The notes below the pieces were generated by a model. That model worked only from the letters and a program-made list of their open reading frames with translations, was not told the DNA's origin and did no database searches. Below, piece after piece: positions 34,751 through 45,913 of a stretch of DNA of 56,883 nt. The stretch's first letter is position 1; each line of letters starts with the position of its first letter. A program made the translations under genes and the position numbers. Origin of the DNA: an uncultured Oscillospiraceae bacterium (GTDB taxonomy: Bacteria; Bacillota; Clostridia; Oscillospirales; JAAYXM01); NCBI GenBank assembly GCA_934446465.1, contig CAKSEF010000004.1, positions 1-56,883 on the forward strand, written 5' to 3'.

Positions 34751-35818
34751 ATGCAACTGTCATTTTTTCTTGGGGCCAATTCAAAAAAAGGCTTCTTTTC
34801 GTTTTATGATGAACTAATCGATTTAAAAAATGCCGACGCCGTCTACATACTGAAGGGCGGTCCCGGCAGCGGAAAGTCTTCTCTGATGCGCAAGGTTTTG
34901 GAATCTGCCGAAAAGAGTGGTCTTGATACTCAAAAAATATATTGCTCGTCCGATCCGGATTCACTTGACGCCGTTGTAATACCTTCTCTCCGCAAGGCTA
35001 TTGTTGACGGAACATCACCTCACGTTGTTGAGCCGTCATACCCGCTTGCAGTGGAACGGTATATAAACCTCGGAGTTTTTGCTGATTATGACAAGATAGC
35101 TGAAAAACGCACAGAAATTATATCCGTAAAGGATAAATACTCCACATACTTTCCGAGAGCGTATCGGTTTACTTCCGCTGCCGCAAAGGTTGAAAATGAG
35201 CTTTTTGACCTCATAATAGGCGGTGTTTCTCTCGAGCGCATACGCAAAAAGGCTCAAGGTGTTATTTCCCGCGAAATACGAGGAAAGAGCGGGAGCGGAA
35301 AAAACACATCACATCGTTTTATATCTGCTGTTTCTCCTAAGGGATACATCAATCTTTTGAAGGATTACAGCGGTATTCTTGACAAAGTATTTTTGATAGA
35401 GGACTCCTTCGGTCTTTCGCACTTTTTCCTTGCTCCTATTCTTGATGCACTTGAAGATTCAGGATTCCCCTGTTTTGTCTGCATGAGCGCACTGCATCCC
35501 GAAAAGATAGAGCATTTGATAATTCCTGAGTTAAACCTCGCCTTTTTCACCTCTCCAAAAGGAGACAGTGATGCAGTTGCGTACACGAAAAAGATACGGC
35601 TTGACAGCATGATTTCAGGCGAGTTTATAAAATGTAACAAGCAAAAGCTTGCCTTTTTGAGAAAGCTTTCTGCATCCATGGTTGGTGAAGCATGTGCAAT
35701 ATTAAGCGAAGCAAAAGCTGTTCATGATGATTTGGAGTCGATATATAATCCATATATAGACTTTGACTCCCTCTATAAGTTCGCTGACAGTCTCACAGTC
35801 GAGATTATCGGCAAGTAA
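34751..35818 (+). CDS. P-loop NTPase of unknown function
   Basis: Walker A GGPGSGKSS (34856-34879), CSSDPDSLDAVVIP, IVDGTSPHVVEP, second degenerate loop GKSGSGKNT. GGAGGGG RBS. Confidence 0.7.
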   Translation: MQLSFFLGANSKKGFFSFYDELIDLKNADAVYILKGGPGSGKSSLMRKVLESAEKSGLDTQKIYCSSDPDSLDAVVIPSLRKAIVDGTSPHVVEPSYPLAVERYINLGVFADYDKIAEKRTEIISVKDKYSTYFPRAYRFTSAAAKVENELFDLIIGGVSLERIRKKAQGVISREIRGKSGSGKNTSHRFISAVSPKGYINLLKDYSGILDKVFLIEDSFGLSHFFLAPILDALEDSGFPCFVCMSALHPEKIEHLIIPELNLAFFTSPKGDSDAVAYTKKIRLDSMISGEFIKCNKQKLAFLRKLSASMVGEACAILSEAKAVHDDLESIYNPYIDFDSLYKFADSLTVEIIGK

Positions 35819-35826
35819 AAAACAAA

Positions 35827-35868
35827 AAAGGATTACTTCAGAGGCTTGAAACTCTGAGGTAATCCTTT
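35827..35868. terminator. Bidirectional terminator after rplQ and the P-loop gene
   Basis: 17-nt arms AAAGGATTACTTCAGAG / CTCTGAGGTAATCCTTT. Confidence 0.8.
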
Positions 35869-35883
35869 TGCAATTATGTTTTA

Positions 35884-36225
35884 TCAGACAAGCTCAATTA
35901 CAGCCATCTCGGCGCAGTCGCCGCGACGGGGTCCGAGCTTTGTGATACGGCAGTAACCGCCGTTACGGTCTGCATACTTGGGAGAGATTTCGTCAAAAAG
36001 CTTTTTGACAACGTCTTCCTTTGTAACAAAAGCAAGTGCCTGACGCTTATTGTGAAGCGTATTTGTCTTGCCAAGGGTAATCATCTTCTCAGCGAGAGGA
36101 CGAACTTCCTTTGCACGCATGACCGTTGTTTCAATTTTACCGTTTTCAAGCAAATACGTAACCATGGCGCGAAGCATTGCCATACGCGCATCGGTAGTAC
36201 GTCCGAGCTTACGTGTTCCGGGCAT
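35884..36225 (-). CDS. rplQ: 50S ribosomal protein bL17
   Basis: [42 protein letters not shown]... Confidence 0.96.
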   Translation of the reverse strand: MPGTRKLGRTTDARMAMLRAMVTYLLENGKIETTVMRAKEVRPLAEKMITLGKTNTLHNKRQALAFVTKEDVVKKLFDEISPKYADRNGGYCRITKLGPRRGDCAEMAVIELV

Positions 36226-36268
36226 TGTAATACCTCCTCTTATCGTGGCTTACGCCGCAAGCAGGACA

Positions 36269-37216
36269 TTAGTTGTCCTCACTTGCAAGCGAAAGTCCCA
36301 TAGTATCAAGTTTATTTATGACCTCTTCAAGTGATTTATGACCAAGGTTACGTACCTTCATCATATCATCCTGAGTTTTGCTTATGAGGTCTTCTACCGT
36401 ATTTATACCAGCTCTCTTAAGGCAGTTGAACGAGCGTACCGAAAGGTCTAACTCTTCAATCGTCATTTCAAGGACCTTATCACGCTGATTCTCGGGCTTT
36501 TCAATAACTATTGATGTATTGCCGATGCTCTCCGAAAGGTCGATGAAAAGTGAGAGGTGGTCATTTAATATCTTTGCGCTGTAAGACACAGCATCGCGTG
36601 CAGATATTGTCTTATTCGTCCACACTTCAATCGTAAGCTTGTCGTAATCCGTCATGTTGCCGACACGTGTGTTTTCAACATGGTAGTTTACTTTGTTTAC
36701 TGGTGTGTATATCGAATCTATCGGTAATACGCCAATCGCAGCCTGAGCCTGCTTATTGCGTTCCGCCGATACATATCCGCGGCCATGTGCAAACGTAAGT
36801 TCCATAGAAAGCGTTGCGTTGAGGCCGAGTGTTGCGATATGGAGTTCAGGGTTTAATATTTCTATTTCGCCCGTAGTCTTAATGTCTCCTGCTGTTACCT
36901 CACCTTCCTCGGAAACATCTATCGTTACCGTCTGGGGCTCAGGCGTATGGAGTTTTGCGATTATCTTCTTAACATTAAGAACAATCTCTGTAACATCTTC
37001 TTTTACTCCGGGTATCGTTGAAAATTCATGTGCGATGCCCGCAATCTTGATAGATGTTGCCGCTACTCCGGGAAGCGACGAAAGCAAAACTCTGCGAAGC
37101 GAGTTTCCAAGCGTCATCCCGTAGCCCCTTTCAAGAGGCTCGATTATAAACTTACCGTAGGAATCGTCCCCCGGAGAGTCTAAACACTCTATACGTGGCT
37201 TTTCTATTTCTATCAT
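36269..37216 (-). CDS. rpoA: DNA-directed RNA polymerase subunit alpha
   Basis: [13 protein letters not shown]...[31 protein letters not shown]...[17 protein letters not shown]. Confidence 0.97.
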   Translation of the reverse strand: MIEIEKPRIECLDSPGDDSYGKFIIEPLERGYGMTLGNSLRRVLLSSLPGVAATSIKIAGIAHEFSTIPGVKEDVTEIVLNVKKIIAKLHTPEPQTVTIDVSEEGEVTAGDIKTTGEIEILNPELHIATLGLNATLSMELTFAHGRGYVSAERNKQAQAAIGVLPIDSIYTPVNKVNYHVENTRVGNMTDYDKLTIEVWTNKTISARDAVSYSAKILNDHLSLFIDLSESIGNTSIVIEKPENQRDKVLEMTIEELDLSVRSFNCLKRAGINTVEDLISKTQDDMMKVRNLGHKSLEEVINKLDTMGLSLASEDN

Positions 37217-37292
37217 CAATTTTACCCTCCTTCTTTACAGCCAACAATGCTGCATGATATTACACTCGTAGCTTCGAGGGTTATGCGAAATC

Positions 37293-37922
37293 TTACTTGG
37301 AGTACAACTCGACGATGAGGTGCTCCTCTACCGGGAAGTCGATATCTGCTCTATCCGGAAGATTTATAACTTTCGCCTCGAACTTGTTCTTGTCAAAGTC
37401 AAGCCACTTCGGTGCAACACGCGAAGAGTTTGCCTCAACAACATCCTTGAACTTATCAGATGTGCGGCTCTTCTCACAAAGAGCTACAACATCACCTGCT
37501 TTTACGAGGTAGGACGGGATATTAACTTTCTTGCCGTTTACCGTGAAATGTCCGTGCGAAACGAGCTGACGTGCCTCAGGGCGGCTCATTGCAAGACCGA
37601 TTCTGTAAACTATATTATCAAGACGTGACTCGAGAATACGGAGGAGGTTTTCACCTGTAACTCCCTGCTTTGTAACAGCCATCTCGAAATATTTCCTGAA
37701 CTGGCTCTCTAAAACGCCGTAGTAGCGCTTTGCCTTCTGCTTCTCGCGAAGCTGGAGTCCGTACTCGGAGAGCTTCTTGCGTCCCTTGCCGTGCTGGCCG
37801 GGTGTCTGACCGCTGCGGCGGTCAATCGCACATTTTCCTGTATAACAGCGGTCGCCCTTGAGATGAAGTTTCTGACCTTCTCTGCGGCAGAGTCTGCATA
37901 CAGCTCCTGTATATCTTGCCAT
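37293..37922 (-). CDS. rpsD: 30S ribosomal protein uS4
   Basis: [36 protein letters not shown]... Confidence 0.97.
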   Translation of the reverse strand: MARYTGAVCRLCRREGQKLHLKGDRCYTGKCAIDRRSGQTPGQHGKGRKKLSEYGLQLREKQKAKRYYGVLESQFRKYFEMAVTKQGVTGENLLRILESRLDNIVYRIGLAMSRPEARQLVSHGHFTVNGKKVNIPSYLVKAGDVVALCEKSRTSDKFKDVVEANSSRVAPKWLDFDKNKFEAKVINLPDRADIDFPVEEHLIVELYSK

Positions 37923-37943
37923 TTGTTTTACACCTCCAAAAAA

Positions 37944-38339
37944 CTATACACGCCTTCTCTTCGGCGGGCGGCAACCATTATGCGGAATCGGAGTTACGTC
38001 TTTAATCATATTGACTTCAAGACCTGCTGCCTGAAGCGCACGGATAGCTGCTTCACGGCCGGAACCCGGGCCCTTGACGTAAACTTCTACGGTCTTAAGG
38101 CCGTGCTCCATAGCAGCCTTTGCAGCAGTTTCTGCCGCTACCTGTGCCGCAAACGGAGTGGACTTACGCGAACCGCGGAAACCAAGACCGCCGCTCGAAG
38201 CCCACGAAAGAGCATTTCCGTTTGTATCCGTAATCGTTACCATTGTATTGTTGAAGGAGGAACGAATATGTGCTGCACCTTTTTCAATATTCTTACGCTC
38301 ACGACGCTTTCTTGTTGCGCCTTTCTTCGGACTGGCCAT
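37944..38339 (-). CDS. rpsK: 30S ribosomal protein uS11
   Basis: ...[46 protein letters not shown]... Confidence 0.97.
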   Translation of the reverse strand: MASPKKGATRKRRERKNIEKGAAHIRSSFNNTMVTITDTNGNALSWASSGGLGFRGSRKSTPFAAQVAAETAAKAAMEHGLKTVEVYVKGPGSGREAAIRALQAAGLEVNMIKDVTPIPHNGCRPPKRRRV

Positions 38340-38352
38340 TTAGATTACCTCC

Positions 38353-38721
38353 TTACTTCTTCTTGTTTGCAATCGTCCGCTTCGGACCCTTGCGTGTTCT
38401 TGCGTTTGTCTTAGAACGCTGACCGCGTACGGGGAGACCCTTTCTGTGTCTGAGTCCGCGATACGAGCCAATTTCTATAAGACGCTTTATGTCGAGTGCC
38501 AACTCGCGGCGGAGGTCGCCCTCTACCGTGTAGTTCTCACCGATGTACTCGCGAAGCTTTGCCTCATCTGCTTCAGTGAGGTCCTTTACTCGTGTGTCAG
38601 GATTTACTCCTGTTGCAGCAAGTATCTGGTTTGAACGCTTTCTTCCGATACCGTAAATATATGTGAGTCCTATTTCGACTCGTTTTTCTCTCGGAAGGTC
38701 AACTCCGGCTATACGTGCCAT
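38353..38721 (-). CDS. rpsM: 30S ribosomal protein uS13
   Basis: [34 protein letters not shown]... Confidence 0.97.
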   Translation of the reverse strand: MARIAGVDLPREKRVEIGLTYIYGIGRKRSNQILAATGVNPDTRVKDLTEADEAKLREYIGENYTVEGDLRRELALDIKRLIEIGSYRGLRHRKGLPVRGQRSKTNARTRKGPKRTIANKKK

Positions 38722-38753
38722 TTAACATACCTCCATTTTGTATGTGGGCTTTA

Positions 38754-38909
<156 letters not shown>

Positions 38910-38955
38910 CTACCAACCCGTCATGCCGGCGTTCGGGTCGGTCCTTCTGTGCTTT

Positions 38956-39174
38956 TTATTTAGAGCGCCATGTTATGCGCCCGCGTGTTAAATCGTACGG
39001 CGACATTTGCACCGTCACCTTGTCTCCGGGAAGGATGCGTATGAAGTTCATACGGAGTTTTCCCGAAATATGTGCCAGAATCTTGTGCCCGTTTCCGATG
39101 TCTACTTGGAACATCGCGTTAGGCAGCGCCTCTATGACGGTACCTTCGAGCTCGATTACGTCATCTTTAGCCAA
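38956..39174 (-). CDS. infA: Translation initiation factor IF-1
   Basis: [53 protein letters not shown]... Confidence 0.97.
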   Translation of the reverse strand: MAKDDVIELEGTVIEALPNAMFQVDIGNGHKILAHISGKLRMNFIRILPGDKVTVQMSPYDLTRGRITWRSK

Positions 39175-39460
39175 GCAAATTACCTCCCTGTGCTTGTTGC
39201 GCTTTTGAATAATCTGAAAGCGCTTTGCGTATCTCGCTGTTTAATACCTTTTCTCCGTGCCTCAATTTGGCAGAAACCCGCGAATCAAAGTCCGAAATCA
39301 CACGAATGTGTTTACGTTTCTTTCTTTTGGGAGTTTCCAGCTTTCTAAGGCTTCCGTCGGCAAGGTATACGAAGTTTTCTTCGGTTTTTAAAACGTAGAA
39401 CAGTCGTTCTTTATCGCGACCTGCGAGAGAAATAACTATATGACCTATATCAGCTTCCAT
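39167..39460 (-). CDS. KOW-domain RNA-binding protein (clostridial map-infA spacer gene)
   Basis: [25 protein letters not shown]... KOW-like G-x-x-K motif plus a basic KRKKRK segment. Overlaps the infA start by 8 nt. Confidence 0.7.
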   Translation of the reverse strand: MEADIGHIVISLAGRDKERLFYVLKTEENFVYLADGSLRKLETPKRKKRKHIRVISDFDSRVSAKLRHGEKVLNSEIRKALSDYSKAQQAQGGNLLG

Positions 39461-39472
39461 TTTTAATTCCCT

Positions 39473-40231
39473 CTAAAAATTTTCACTTGCCAAAGTTAAT
39501 ATCTCAGGATTGTCCTTTGTTATCAATACCGAGTTTTCATAGTGGGCGGACAGCATTCCATCCCGCGTTTTTACGGTCCAACCGTCGCTTAACTCTTTGA
39601 CGGTAAATACGCCCTGATTAACCATTGGCTCTACGGCTATGGTCATCCCGCTGACAAGCCTTGCACCGAGGCCGGGTTTTCCGAAATTCGGCACCTCAGG
39701 CTCTTCATGCAGCTTTGAGCCCACGCCATGACCCACATATTTACGAACAACGGAAAAACCGTTATCTTCTACGTAAGTCTGGATTGCATGGGAAATATCA
39801 GAGATTCTGTTGCCCGCACGAGCGTATTTCATACCCTCATAGAAGCTCTGCCGGGTTACATCTATAAGCCGCTGCGCTTCATCGCTTATCTCACCGACAG
39901 CGAATGTGTTCGCACAGTCGCCGACATAGCCCTGATATGTCGCCCCTACATCTATTTTTACCAAGTCGCCGTTTTTGAGAGCACGGAGACCCGGTATGCC
40001 GTGGATTACTTCATCGTTAATCGAAATGCAAGCTGCTCCGGGAAAGCCTGCATATCCGAGAAAGGTCGGATATGCGTCTGCTTTCTCAATCATTCTTTTG
40101 ATTATGGCGTTGAGCTCGCCTGTTGTAACCCCGGCTGCTACGGCACGTCCCGCCGCAGCAAGAGCCGTTGCGGCAATTCTTCCTGCCTGCCGCATAAGCC
40201 CGATTTCACGTTCTGATTTAATCTGTATCAA
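39473..40231 (-). CDS. map: Type I methionine aminopeptidase
   Basis: MIQIKSEREIGLMRQAGRI...INDEVIHGIP...VKIDVGA...GHGVG...EPM... Confidence 0.95.
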   Translation of the reverse strand: MIQIKSEREIGLMRQAGRIAATALAAAGRAVAAGVTTGELNAIIKRMIEKADAYPTFLGYAGFPGAACISINDEVIHGIPGLRALKNGDLVKIDVGATYQGYVGDCANTFAVGEISDEAQRLIDVTRQSFYEGMKYARAGNRISDISHAIQTYVEDNGFSVVRKYVGHGVGSKLHEEPEVPNFGKPGLGARLVSGMTIAVEPMVNQGVFTVKELSDGWTVKTRDGMLSAHYENSVLITKDNPEILTLASENF

Positions 40232-40290
40232 AAGCTCAATCCTCCGTTCACTGCATCACAGTGCATCTGAGGCGTTTGCCGCCCGCGCAT

Positions 40291-40923
40291 TTATATTCCG
40301 AGAGCTTCAAAGATAAGGCGCGTTGTGTCGGCTATGCTGTCCTGACCGCGGACTGCCTTAAGAAGCCCTTTCTTCTCATAAAATGCGATAAGCGGTTCTG
40401 TCTGCTCATGATACACGCGGAGTCTTCCGCGCACGGTCTCGGGAGCGTCATCCGCACGGAGAACAAGCTTACCGCCGCATGAATCACAGACACCTTCGAC
40501 CTCAGGCTTCTTATGCTCGATATGGTAGGACGCACCGCAGTTTTCACATACACGGCGACCCGACATACGGCGTTCGATAGCCTCGTCTTCCACCTCAATC
40601 GAGAGGACAACGTCAATCTTGACGTTCATTTCGTCAAGAGCCTCCGCCTGCGCAACCGTTCTCGGCATACCGTCAAGAACGAACCCGTTCTTACAGTCAG
40701 CCGCGCCGAGACGTTCAGAAACTATTCCGACGATTACTTCATCGGGTACGAGCTTGCCTGCGTCCATATAGGATTTAGCCATAAGCCCGCGCTCTGTTTT
40801 GTTCTTAATTGCTTCACGGAGAATATTTCCCGTGGAAATTGCGGGAATATTGAGTTTCTTACAAATAAGTTCCGCCTGCGTGCCTTTTCCTGCACCCGGC
40901 GCACCGAGTAAAATAAGATTCAC
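40291..40923 (-). CDS. adk: Adenylate kinase (zinc-lid form)
   Basis: (GTG)NLILLGAPGAGKGTQAE..., lid CENCGASYH...CDSCGGKL. Confidence 0.96.
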   Translation of the reverse strand: MNLILLGAPGAGKGTQAELICKKLNIPAISTGNILREAIKNKTERGLMAKSYMDAGKLVPDEVIVGIVSERLGAADCKNGFVLDGMPRTVAQAEALDEMNVKIDVVLSIEVEDEAIERRMSGRRVCENCGASYHIEHKKPEVEGVCDSCGGKLVLRADDAPETVRGRLRVYHEQTEPLIAFYEKKGLLKAVRGQDSIADTTRLIFEALGI

Positions 40924-40936
40924 TTAAAACTCCTCC

Positions 40937-42241
40937 TTATTCAAGGAAACCCTTATAATTCCTCATCATCATCTGGGACTCAAGCTGCTTAACAGTCTCG
41001 AGAGCAACACCGACTACGATAAGAATCGACGTACCGCCTATAGAAAGGTTCATCGACGGTACAGCGTATCCCGCAATTATCGGGAGTACAGCGATAATAC
41101 CGAGGAAGAGTGCTCCGAAGAGAGTTATCTTATTCATAACCTTTGCGATAAAGTCGGCCGTGGGTCTGCCCGGACGGAATCCGGGGATAAAGCCGCCGTT
41201 ATTCTTAAGGTTATTGGCAATTTCAATCGGGTTGTACTGAATTGCCGTATAGAAATAGCTGAATGCTACGATGAGGAGAAGGTAAACTATTGCATAAACC
41301 GCGCTCTTCGGTGAGAATACGTTATTCTGCATCCAGAGCCAGAAACCGCCTTCGGGTTTCGGGAAGAACGCTGCGATTGTCGCCGGGAATGTCGTGATAG
41401 AAGAGGCAAATATTATCGGCATAACGCCCGACATATTGACCTTCACAGGAAGGAAGGTGCTTCTTCCGCCGTACATCTTACGTCCGACAACTCTCTTCGC
41501 ATACTGGATGGTAAGTCTTCTCTCTGCGCCGTCAAAGAATACGATAAACGCGATAACAGCGAGGAACACCACAAGTATAGCGATTGCAGCTATCCAACTG
41601 AGAGCACCGTTCTGAATGTTTGCAACGATTGACTGACCTGCCGGGAACACACGCGAGACGATTGAAGCGAAAAGGATAAGTGAAATACCGTTTCCGATTC
41701 CGTTCTCGGTAATCTGTTCGCCGAGCCACATGATAAACGCGGTACCTGCCGTGAATGTTGCTATGATTATAATCATAACGAACACATTGTTCATACCGCC
41801 GTTATTGATTGCGCTTGTACCGCCAACTCCGTTTCTGAGCAATGTATAATAAGCAAAGCCCTGAAGAATACCGAGTGCGATTGTAACGTAGCGCGTAATC
41901 GAAGCAAGTTTCTTCTGGCCTTCTTCGCCGCCGTCCTTGACCATACGTTCAAGAGCAGGGATTGCAACTGCCAGAAGCTGCATGATAATTGATGCGTTAA
42001 TATACGGCTGAATTGACAGCGCGAATACATTAGCCTGCGAGAATGAACCGCCTGACATGGCGTTCATAAAACCGAGGAGTGTTCCCTCGTAGAGTCCCAT
42101 AATCTGCGTCAAAAGCTCACGGTTGATAAACGGAACCGGTATTGCCGAACCAAGTCTGAAGATAAACAGACACACGATTGTGAAAATTATCTTTTTACGA
42201 AGCTCGGGGATTTTCCACGCATTCTTAATAGTCTCTAACAA
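40937..42241 (-). CDS. secY: Preprotein translocase subunit SecY
   Basis: 434 aa polytopic ...IPVPFIN...GGSFSQANVFALSIQPYINASIIMQLL... TTG start adjacent to the rplO stop. Confidence 0.96.
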   Translation of the reverse strand: MLETIKNAWKIPELRKKIIFTIVCLFIFRLGSAIPVPFINRELLTQIMGLYEGTLLGFMNAMSGGSFSQANVFALSIQPYINASIIMQLLAVAIPALERMVKDGGEEGQKKLASITRYVTIALGILQGFAYYTLLRNGVGGTSAINNGGMNNVFVMIIIIATFTAGTAFIMWLGEQITENGIGNGISLILFASIVSRVFPAGQSIVANIQNGALSWIAAIAILVVFLAVIAFIVFFDGAERRLTIQYAKRVVGRKMYGGRSTFLPVKVNMSGVMPIIFASSITTFPATIAAFFPKPEGGFWLWMQNNVFSPKSAVYAIVYLLLIVAFSYFYTAIQYNPIEIANNLKNNGGFIPGFRPGRPTADFIAKVMNKITLFGALFLGIIAVLPIIAGYAVPSMNLSIGGTSILIVVGVALETVKQLESQMMMRNYKGFLE

Positions 42242-42682
42242 TTAGACCACCTCGACCTTCCCTCCGGCGGCTTCAATCTTTGCCTTTGCCGTCGCGGAGA
42301 ATGCATTTGCTTTTACGGTAATCTTCTTTGTGAGCTCACCCGAGCCCAAAACTCTGAGACCGTCCTCAGCCTTGCGGATAATCCTCTTAGCAAGCAACTC
42401 TTCTGTTCCGACAACAGCGCCGTTGTCAAAAACATTGAGTGCATCAACATTGACTATTGCGAACTTCTTTGCAAAGATATTGTTAAAACCACGTTTCGGG
42501 AGACGTCTGGTAATCGGCATCTGACCGCCTTCAAATCCGATGCGGACACCGCCGCCGGACCTTGCGTTTTGACCCTTATGACCTTTTCCCGCTGTTTTTC
42601 CGTTGCCCGAGCCAGGGCCTCTGCCCTTTCGCTTTACATCGCTGACAGAGCCTGCTGCGGGAGATAATTCGTGCAGTTTCAA
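42242..42682 (-). CDS. rplO: 50S ribosomal protein uL15
   Basis: [47 protein letters not shown]... Confidence 0.96.
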   Translation of the reverse strand: MKLHELSPAAGSVSDVKRKGRGPGSGNGKTAGKGHKGQNARSGGGVRIGFEGGQMPITRRLPKRGFNNIFAKKFAIVNVDALNVFDNGAVVGTEELLAKRIIRKAEDGLRVLGSGELTKKITVKANAFSATAKAKIEAAGGKVEVV

Positions 42683-42698
42683 TTCCTACACCTCCCTA

Positions 42699-42878
42699 TT
42701 AAACTTCTTCAACCTTGACAAGATACGAAATCTGCTTAATTTTGCCTCTCGTCTGTGCATTGTCAGGCTGTACTGTAACATTGTTGACTTTTTTAAGGCC
42801 GAGCGATTTTGCGGTGGCAATGTGTTTATCCAATCTGCCAATCAAGCTCTTGGTTAGCGTTATTTTAAGTTGCGACAC
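42699..42878 (-). CDS. rpmD: 50S ribosomal protein uL30, not in the ORF track
   Basis: Hand translation gives (GTG)SQLKITLTKSLIGRLDKHIATAKSLGLKKVNNVTVQPDNAQTRGKIKQISYLVKVEEV, 59 aa. AGGAGGGCAAAGTC RBS. Confidence 0.9.
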   Translation of the reverse strand: MSQLKITLTKSLIGRLDKHIATAKSLGLKKVNNVTVQPDNAQTRGKIKQISYLVKVEEV

Positions 42879-42893
42879 GACTTTGCCCTCCTA

Positions 42894-43397
42894 CTAATCT
42901 TGAATTTCAGCAACTGTTTTTCCACGAAGGAGTGCAACTTCCTCCGCACCGCGAAGCGACTTAAGCCCCTCCATCGTAGCGGAAACTACGTTCTGCGGAT
43001 TGTTGGAGCGAAGGCATTTTGTACGGATATCTTTGATACCTGCCGCTTCTACGACTGCACGAACGGCACCTCCGGCGATAACACCGGTACCGGGGGCCGC
43101 CGGTTTAAGAAGAACTTTACCTGCACCGAAAACGCCAATTGTCTCGTGTGGGATTGTAGTTCCGAGGATTGCAATCTTTACGAGATTTTTCTTTGCGTCC
43201 TCTATACCCTTGCGTATAGCATCGGGTACTTCAGCAGCTTTTCCGAGGCCGAAGCCAACAGTTCCCTTTCCGTCGCCGACGACTACGAGGGCTGCAAACT
43301 TAAATATGCGTCCGCCCTTAACAGTCTTTGATACTCGGTTAAGAGATACGACTTTTTCCTGAAACTCATCATTTCTTTCTTCAAATCTTCCTGCCAT
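42894..43397 (-). CDS. rpsE: 30S ribosomal protein uS5
   Basis: ...[43 protein letters not shown]... Confidence 0.97.
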   Translation of the reverse strand: MAGRFEERNDEFQEKVVSLNRVSKTVKGGRIFKFAALVVVGDGKGTVGFGLGKAAEVPDAIRKGIEDAKKNLVKIAILGTTIPHETIGVFGAGKVLLKPAAPGTGVIAGGAVRAVVEAAGIKDIRTKCLRSNNPQNVVSATMEGLKSLRGAEEVALLRGKTVAEIQD

Positions 43398-43418
43398 AAA
43401 AATCTTACCTCCTCCCGA

Positions 43419-43778
43419 TTAAAACCGGAGTCCGCCCTCACGGGCGCCCTCTGCAAGTTCTTGCACACGACCGTGGTATACATAACCGCCGCGGTCGAAT
43501 ACGACATCGGTTATGCCCTTTTCTTTTGCTCTCTCGGCAATCATGATGCCGACTTTCTTAGCAGCCTCTTTGTTGCCGCCGTTGCCCTCAAATCCCTTTT
43601 CGACAGTGCTTGCCGATACGAGAGTCATTCCCGTAGTATCGTCGATTATCTGAGCATAGATATTCGACAGGCTGCGGAAAACGTTAAGGCGAGGACGCTC
43701 GGCTGTACCGCTGATTTTAGCGCGTACTCTCTTATGGCGAACTAAGCGCTTTTTATTTACATCTATCTTGGATACCAT
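43419..43778 (-). CDS. rplR: 50S ribosomal protein uL18
   Basis: ...[34 protein letters not shown]... Confidence 0.97.
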   Translation of the reverse strand: MVSKIDVNKKRLVRHKRVRAKISGTAERPRLNVFRSLSNIYAQIIDDTTGMTLVSASTVEKGFEGNGGNKEAAKKVGIMIAERAKEKGITDVVFDRGGYVYHGRVQELAEGAREGGLRF

Positions 43779-43794
43779 TTAAGCGCACCTCTCT

Positions 43795-44343
43795 TTACTT
43801 CTTCTTACCGCCGGCTTTACCTTCCTTGCGGCGGATAACCTCATCAACATACTTGATGCCTTTGCCTTTATACGGCTCAGGCGGTCTCTTTTCGCGAACT
43901 TCTGCTGCGAACTGACCGACAGCCCGCTTATCCGCTCCGCTAATAATAATCTTATTCGGAGCCGGTACATCAATCGTGATTCCCGGAATCTCATCAACGA
44001 TAACCTGATGTGAATATCCGAGGTTCATGACAAGCTGCTTGCCCTGCTTTGCGACACGGTAACCTACGCCGTTTACCTCGAGTTCCTTGCTGTAACCCTC
44101 AGTAACGCCTACTACCATGTTGTGAATGAGGCTTCTTGTGAGACCGTGAAGGCTCTTGTGTGCTTTATCCTCGCTCGGGCGGGTAACCAATACCTCTGCC
44201 CCGTCGACGGAAATCTGCATGTCGGGGTGCATCTTTGATGTAAGCGTAGCCTTAGGTCCCTTAACCGTTACCTCATTTTCGTTACCGACCGTAACTGTTA
44301 CGCCGGCCGGAATTGCTATTGGTGCTCTTCCTATACGTGACAT
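43795..44343 (-). CDS. rplF: 50S ribosomal protein uL6
   Basis: [34 protein letters not shown]... Confidence 0.97.
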   Translation of the reverse strand: MSRIGRAPIAIPAGVTVTVGNENEVTVKGPKATLTSKMHPDMQISVDGAEVLVTRPSEDKAHKSLHGLTRSLIHNMVVGVTEGYSKELEVNGVGYRVAKQGKQLVMNLGYSHQVIVDEIPGITIDVPAPNKIIISGADKRAVGQFAAEVREKRPPEPYKGKGIKYVDEVIRRKEGKAGGKKK

Positions 44344-44357
44344 TATTCGGTTCCTCC

Positions 44358-44753
44358 TTACCAGATAAACGCAAGAACTTCGCCGCCGACATTGGCTTCT
44401 CTTGCCTTCTTATCTGTCATAACGCCCTTGGAAGTAGATATTATCGCAATACCGAGTCCCTTGAGCACGCGCGGCAAATCCTCAGCGCCGACGTATACGC
44501 GAAGTCCTGGCTTTGAAACACGGCGGAGACCCTTGATTACCTGTTCTTTTTCGTTGTACTTCAAAGTAACCTTAATCATGCCCTGTGCGCCGTCCGGAAT
44601 AACTTCAAAATTCTTAATGTAGCCTTCATCGAGAAGAATCTGAGCTATTGCTTTCTTCATCTTTGATGCGGGAACATCAACGCTCGCATGGCGAGCAGCA
44701 TTCGCATTTCTGATGCGTGTTAACATATCCGCAATAGGATCTGTTATTTGCAT
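44358..44753 (-). CDS. rpsH: 30S ribosomal protein uS8
   Basis: [33 protein letters not shown]... Confidence 0.97.
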   Translation of the reverse strand: MQITDPIADMLTRIRNANAARHASVDVPASKMKKAIAQILLDEGYIKNFEVIPDGAQGMIKVTLKYNEKEQVIKGLRRVSKPGLRVYVGAEDLPRVLKGLGIAIISTSKGVMTDKKAREANVGGEVLAFIW

Positions 44754-44817
44754 TTGTCTTACCTCCTTTAGAGAAGTCGAAATTATAGAGTTTTCAGCTC
44801 TTTGTTTTGTTTAGAGT

Positions 44818-45003
44818 TTACCAGCTTGCTTTTCTTACGCCCGGAATCTGACCTTTGTATGCAAGCTCTCTAAAGCAGATACGGCAAATGCCGAAATCGC
44901 GGAGATATGCATGAGGTCTGCCGCATATTTTACACCTGTTATAATAACGGGTTGAGAATTTGGGCTCGTTCTTCTGTTTGAGAACCATTGCTTTCTTTGC
45001 CAT
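44818..45003 (-). CDS. rpsN: 30S ribosomal protein uS14, type Z (zinc-binding)
   Basis: 61 aa, ...[42 protein letters not shown]. Confidence 0.96.
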   Translation of the reverse strand: MAKKAMVLKQKNEPKFSTRYYNRCKICGRPHAYLRDFGICRICFRELAYKGQIPGVRKASW

Positions 45004-45017
45004 AAGTCCTTGCCCTC

Positions 45018-45560
45018 CTAATTCTTAGCGAAGGGCATTCCCATGAGCGTTAAGAGCTCACGTGCCTCTTCGTCCGTATTTGCGGTAGTGCATATAACTA
45101 TGTCCATTCCGCGAATCTTATCAATTTTATCATACTCAATTTCAGGGAAAATGAGCTGCTCCTTAAGTCCGAGCGCGTAGTTTCCGCGTCCGTCAAAAGC
45201 GTTCGGGTTTACACCGCGGAAGTCGCGGACACGCGGAAGTGCTACGTTTACGAGTCTGTCAAAGAACTCCCACATGCGGTCGGCGCGGAGTGTTACTTTT
45301 GCGCCTATCGGCATACCTTCGCGAACCTTGAAGTTCGCAACGGATTTCTTTGCCTTCGTAACGATTGCTTTCTGACCTGTAATTGCTGTAATGTCAGCGA
45401 TTACCGCATCAAGGACTTTTGCGTTGTCGCGAGCTTCTCCGCATCCGACGTTTACGATTATCTTATCGAGCTTCGGAATCTGCATCGGGCTCTTGTAGGA
45501 AAACTTCTTCATAAGAGCCGGAGCAACATCGCTTTTATATGTGTCTCGTAATCTTGCCAT
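45018..45560 (-). CDS. rplE: 50S ribosomal protein uL5
   Basis: [43 protein letters not shown]... Confidence 0.97.
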   Translation of the reverse strand: MARLRDTYKSDVAPALMKKFSYKSPMQIPKLDKIIVNVGCGEARDNAKVLDAVIADITAITGQKAIVTKAKKSVANFKVREGMPIGAKVTLRADRMWEFFDRLVNVALPRVRDFRGVNPNAFDGRGNYALGLKEQLIFPEIEYDKIDKIRGMDIVICTTANTDEEARELLTLMGMPFAKN

Positions 45561-45578
45561 TTATGCCGTTCTCCTCTC

Positions 45579-45899
45579 TTATAATGTCTCGCCGCATTTT
45601 TTGCAGACGCAGACCTTTGAACCGTCGTCGAGGAACTTATGTCCGGACCTTGTCGGTTCGTTGCACTTCGGGCAGACGCGCATAACGTTAGAAACGTCAA
45701 TCGCTGCCTCACGGCGAATTATGCCGGAGTCTTTGCCGCCGCTTTTCTGAGCACTTACGTGTACGGTTGCGATGTTAACACCCTCAACAATTACGCGTTT
45801 GCTCTTCGGGGAAGCAGACAGAACAGTTCCGCGCTTGCCCTTATCTTTTCCGGCTAAGACGACAACTGTGTCGCCCTTCTTAACATTCAAATTGTTCAT
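45579..45899 (-). CDS. rplX: 50S ribosomal protein uL24 with a C-terminal Cys4 motif
   Basis: MNNLNVKKGDTVVVLAGKDKGKRGTV (KOW). GGAGGAA RBS before this ATG. C-terminus is CPKCNEPTRSGHKFLDDGSKVCVCKKCGETL. Confidence 0.94.
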   Translation of the reverse strand: MNNLNVKKGDTVVVLAGKDKGKRGTVLSASPKSKRVIVEGVNIATVHVSAQKSGGKDSGIIRREAAIDVSNVMRVCPKCNEPTRSGHKFLDDGSKVCVCKKCGETL

Positions 45900-45913
45900 T
45901 CCGGTTTCCTCCA

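Noticed and set aside
37791-38414. 207-aa plus-strand ORF
   Set aside because: It is antisense to rpsD, rpsK and rpsM. It is a shadow ORF.
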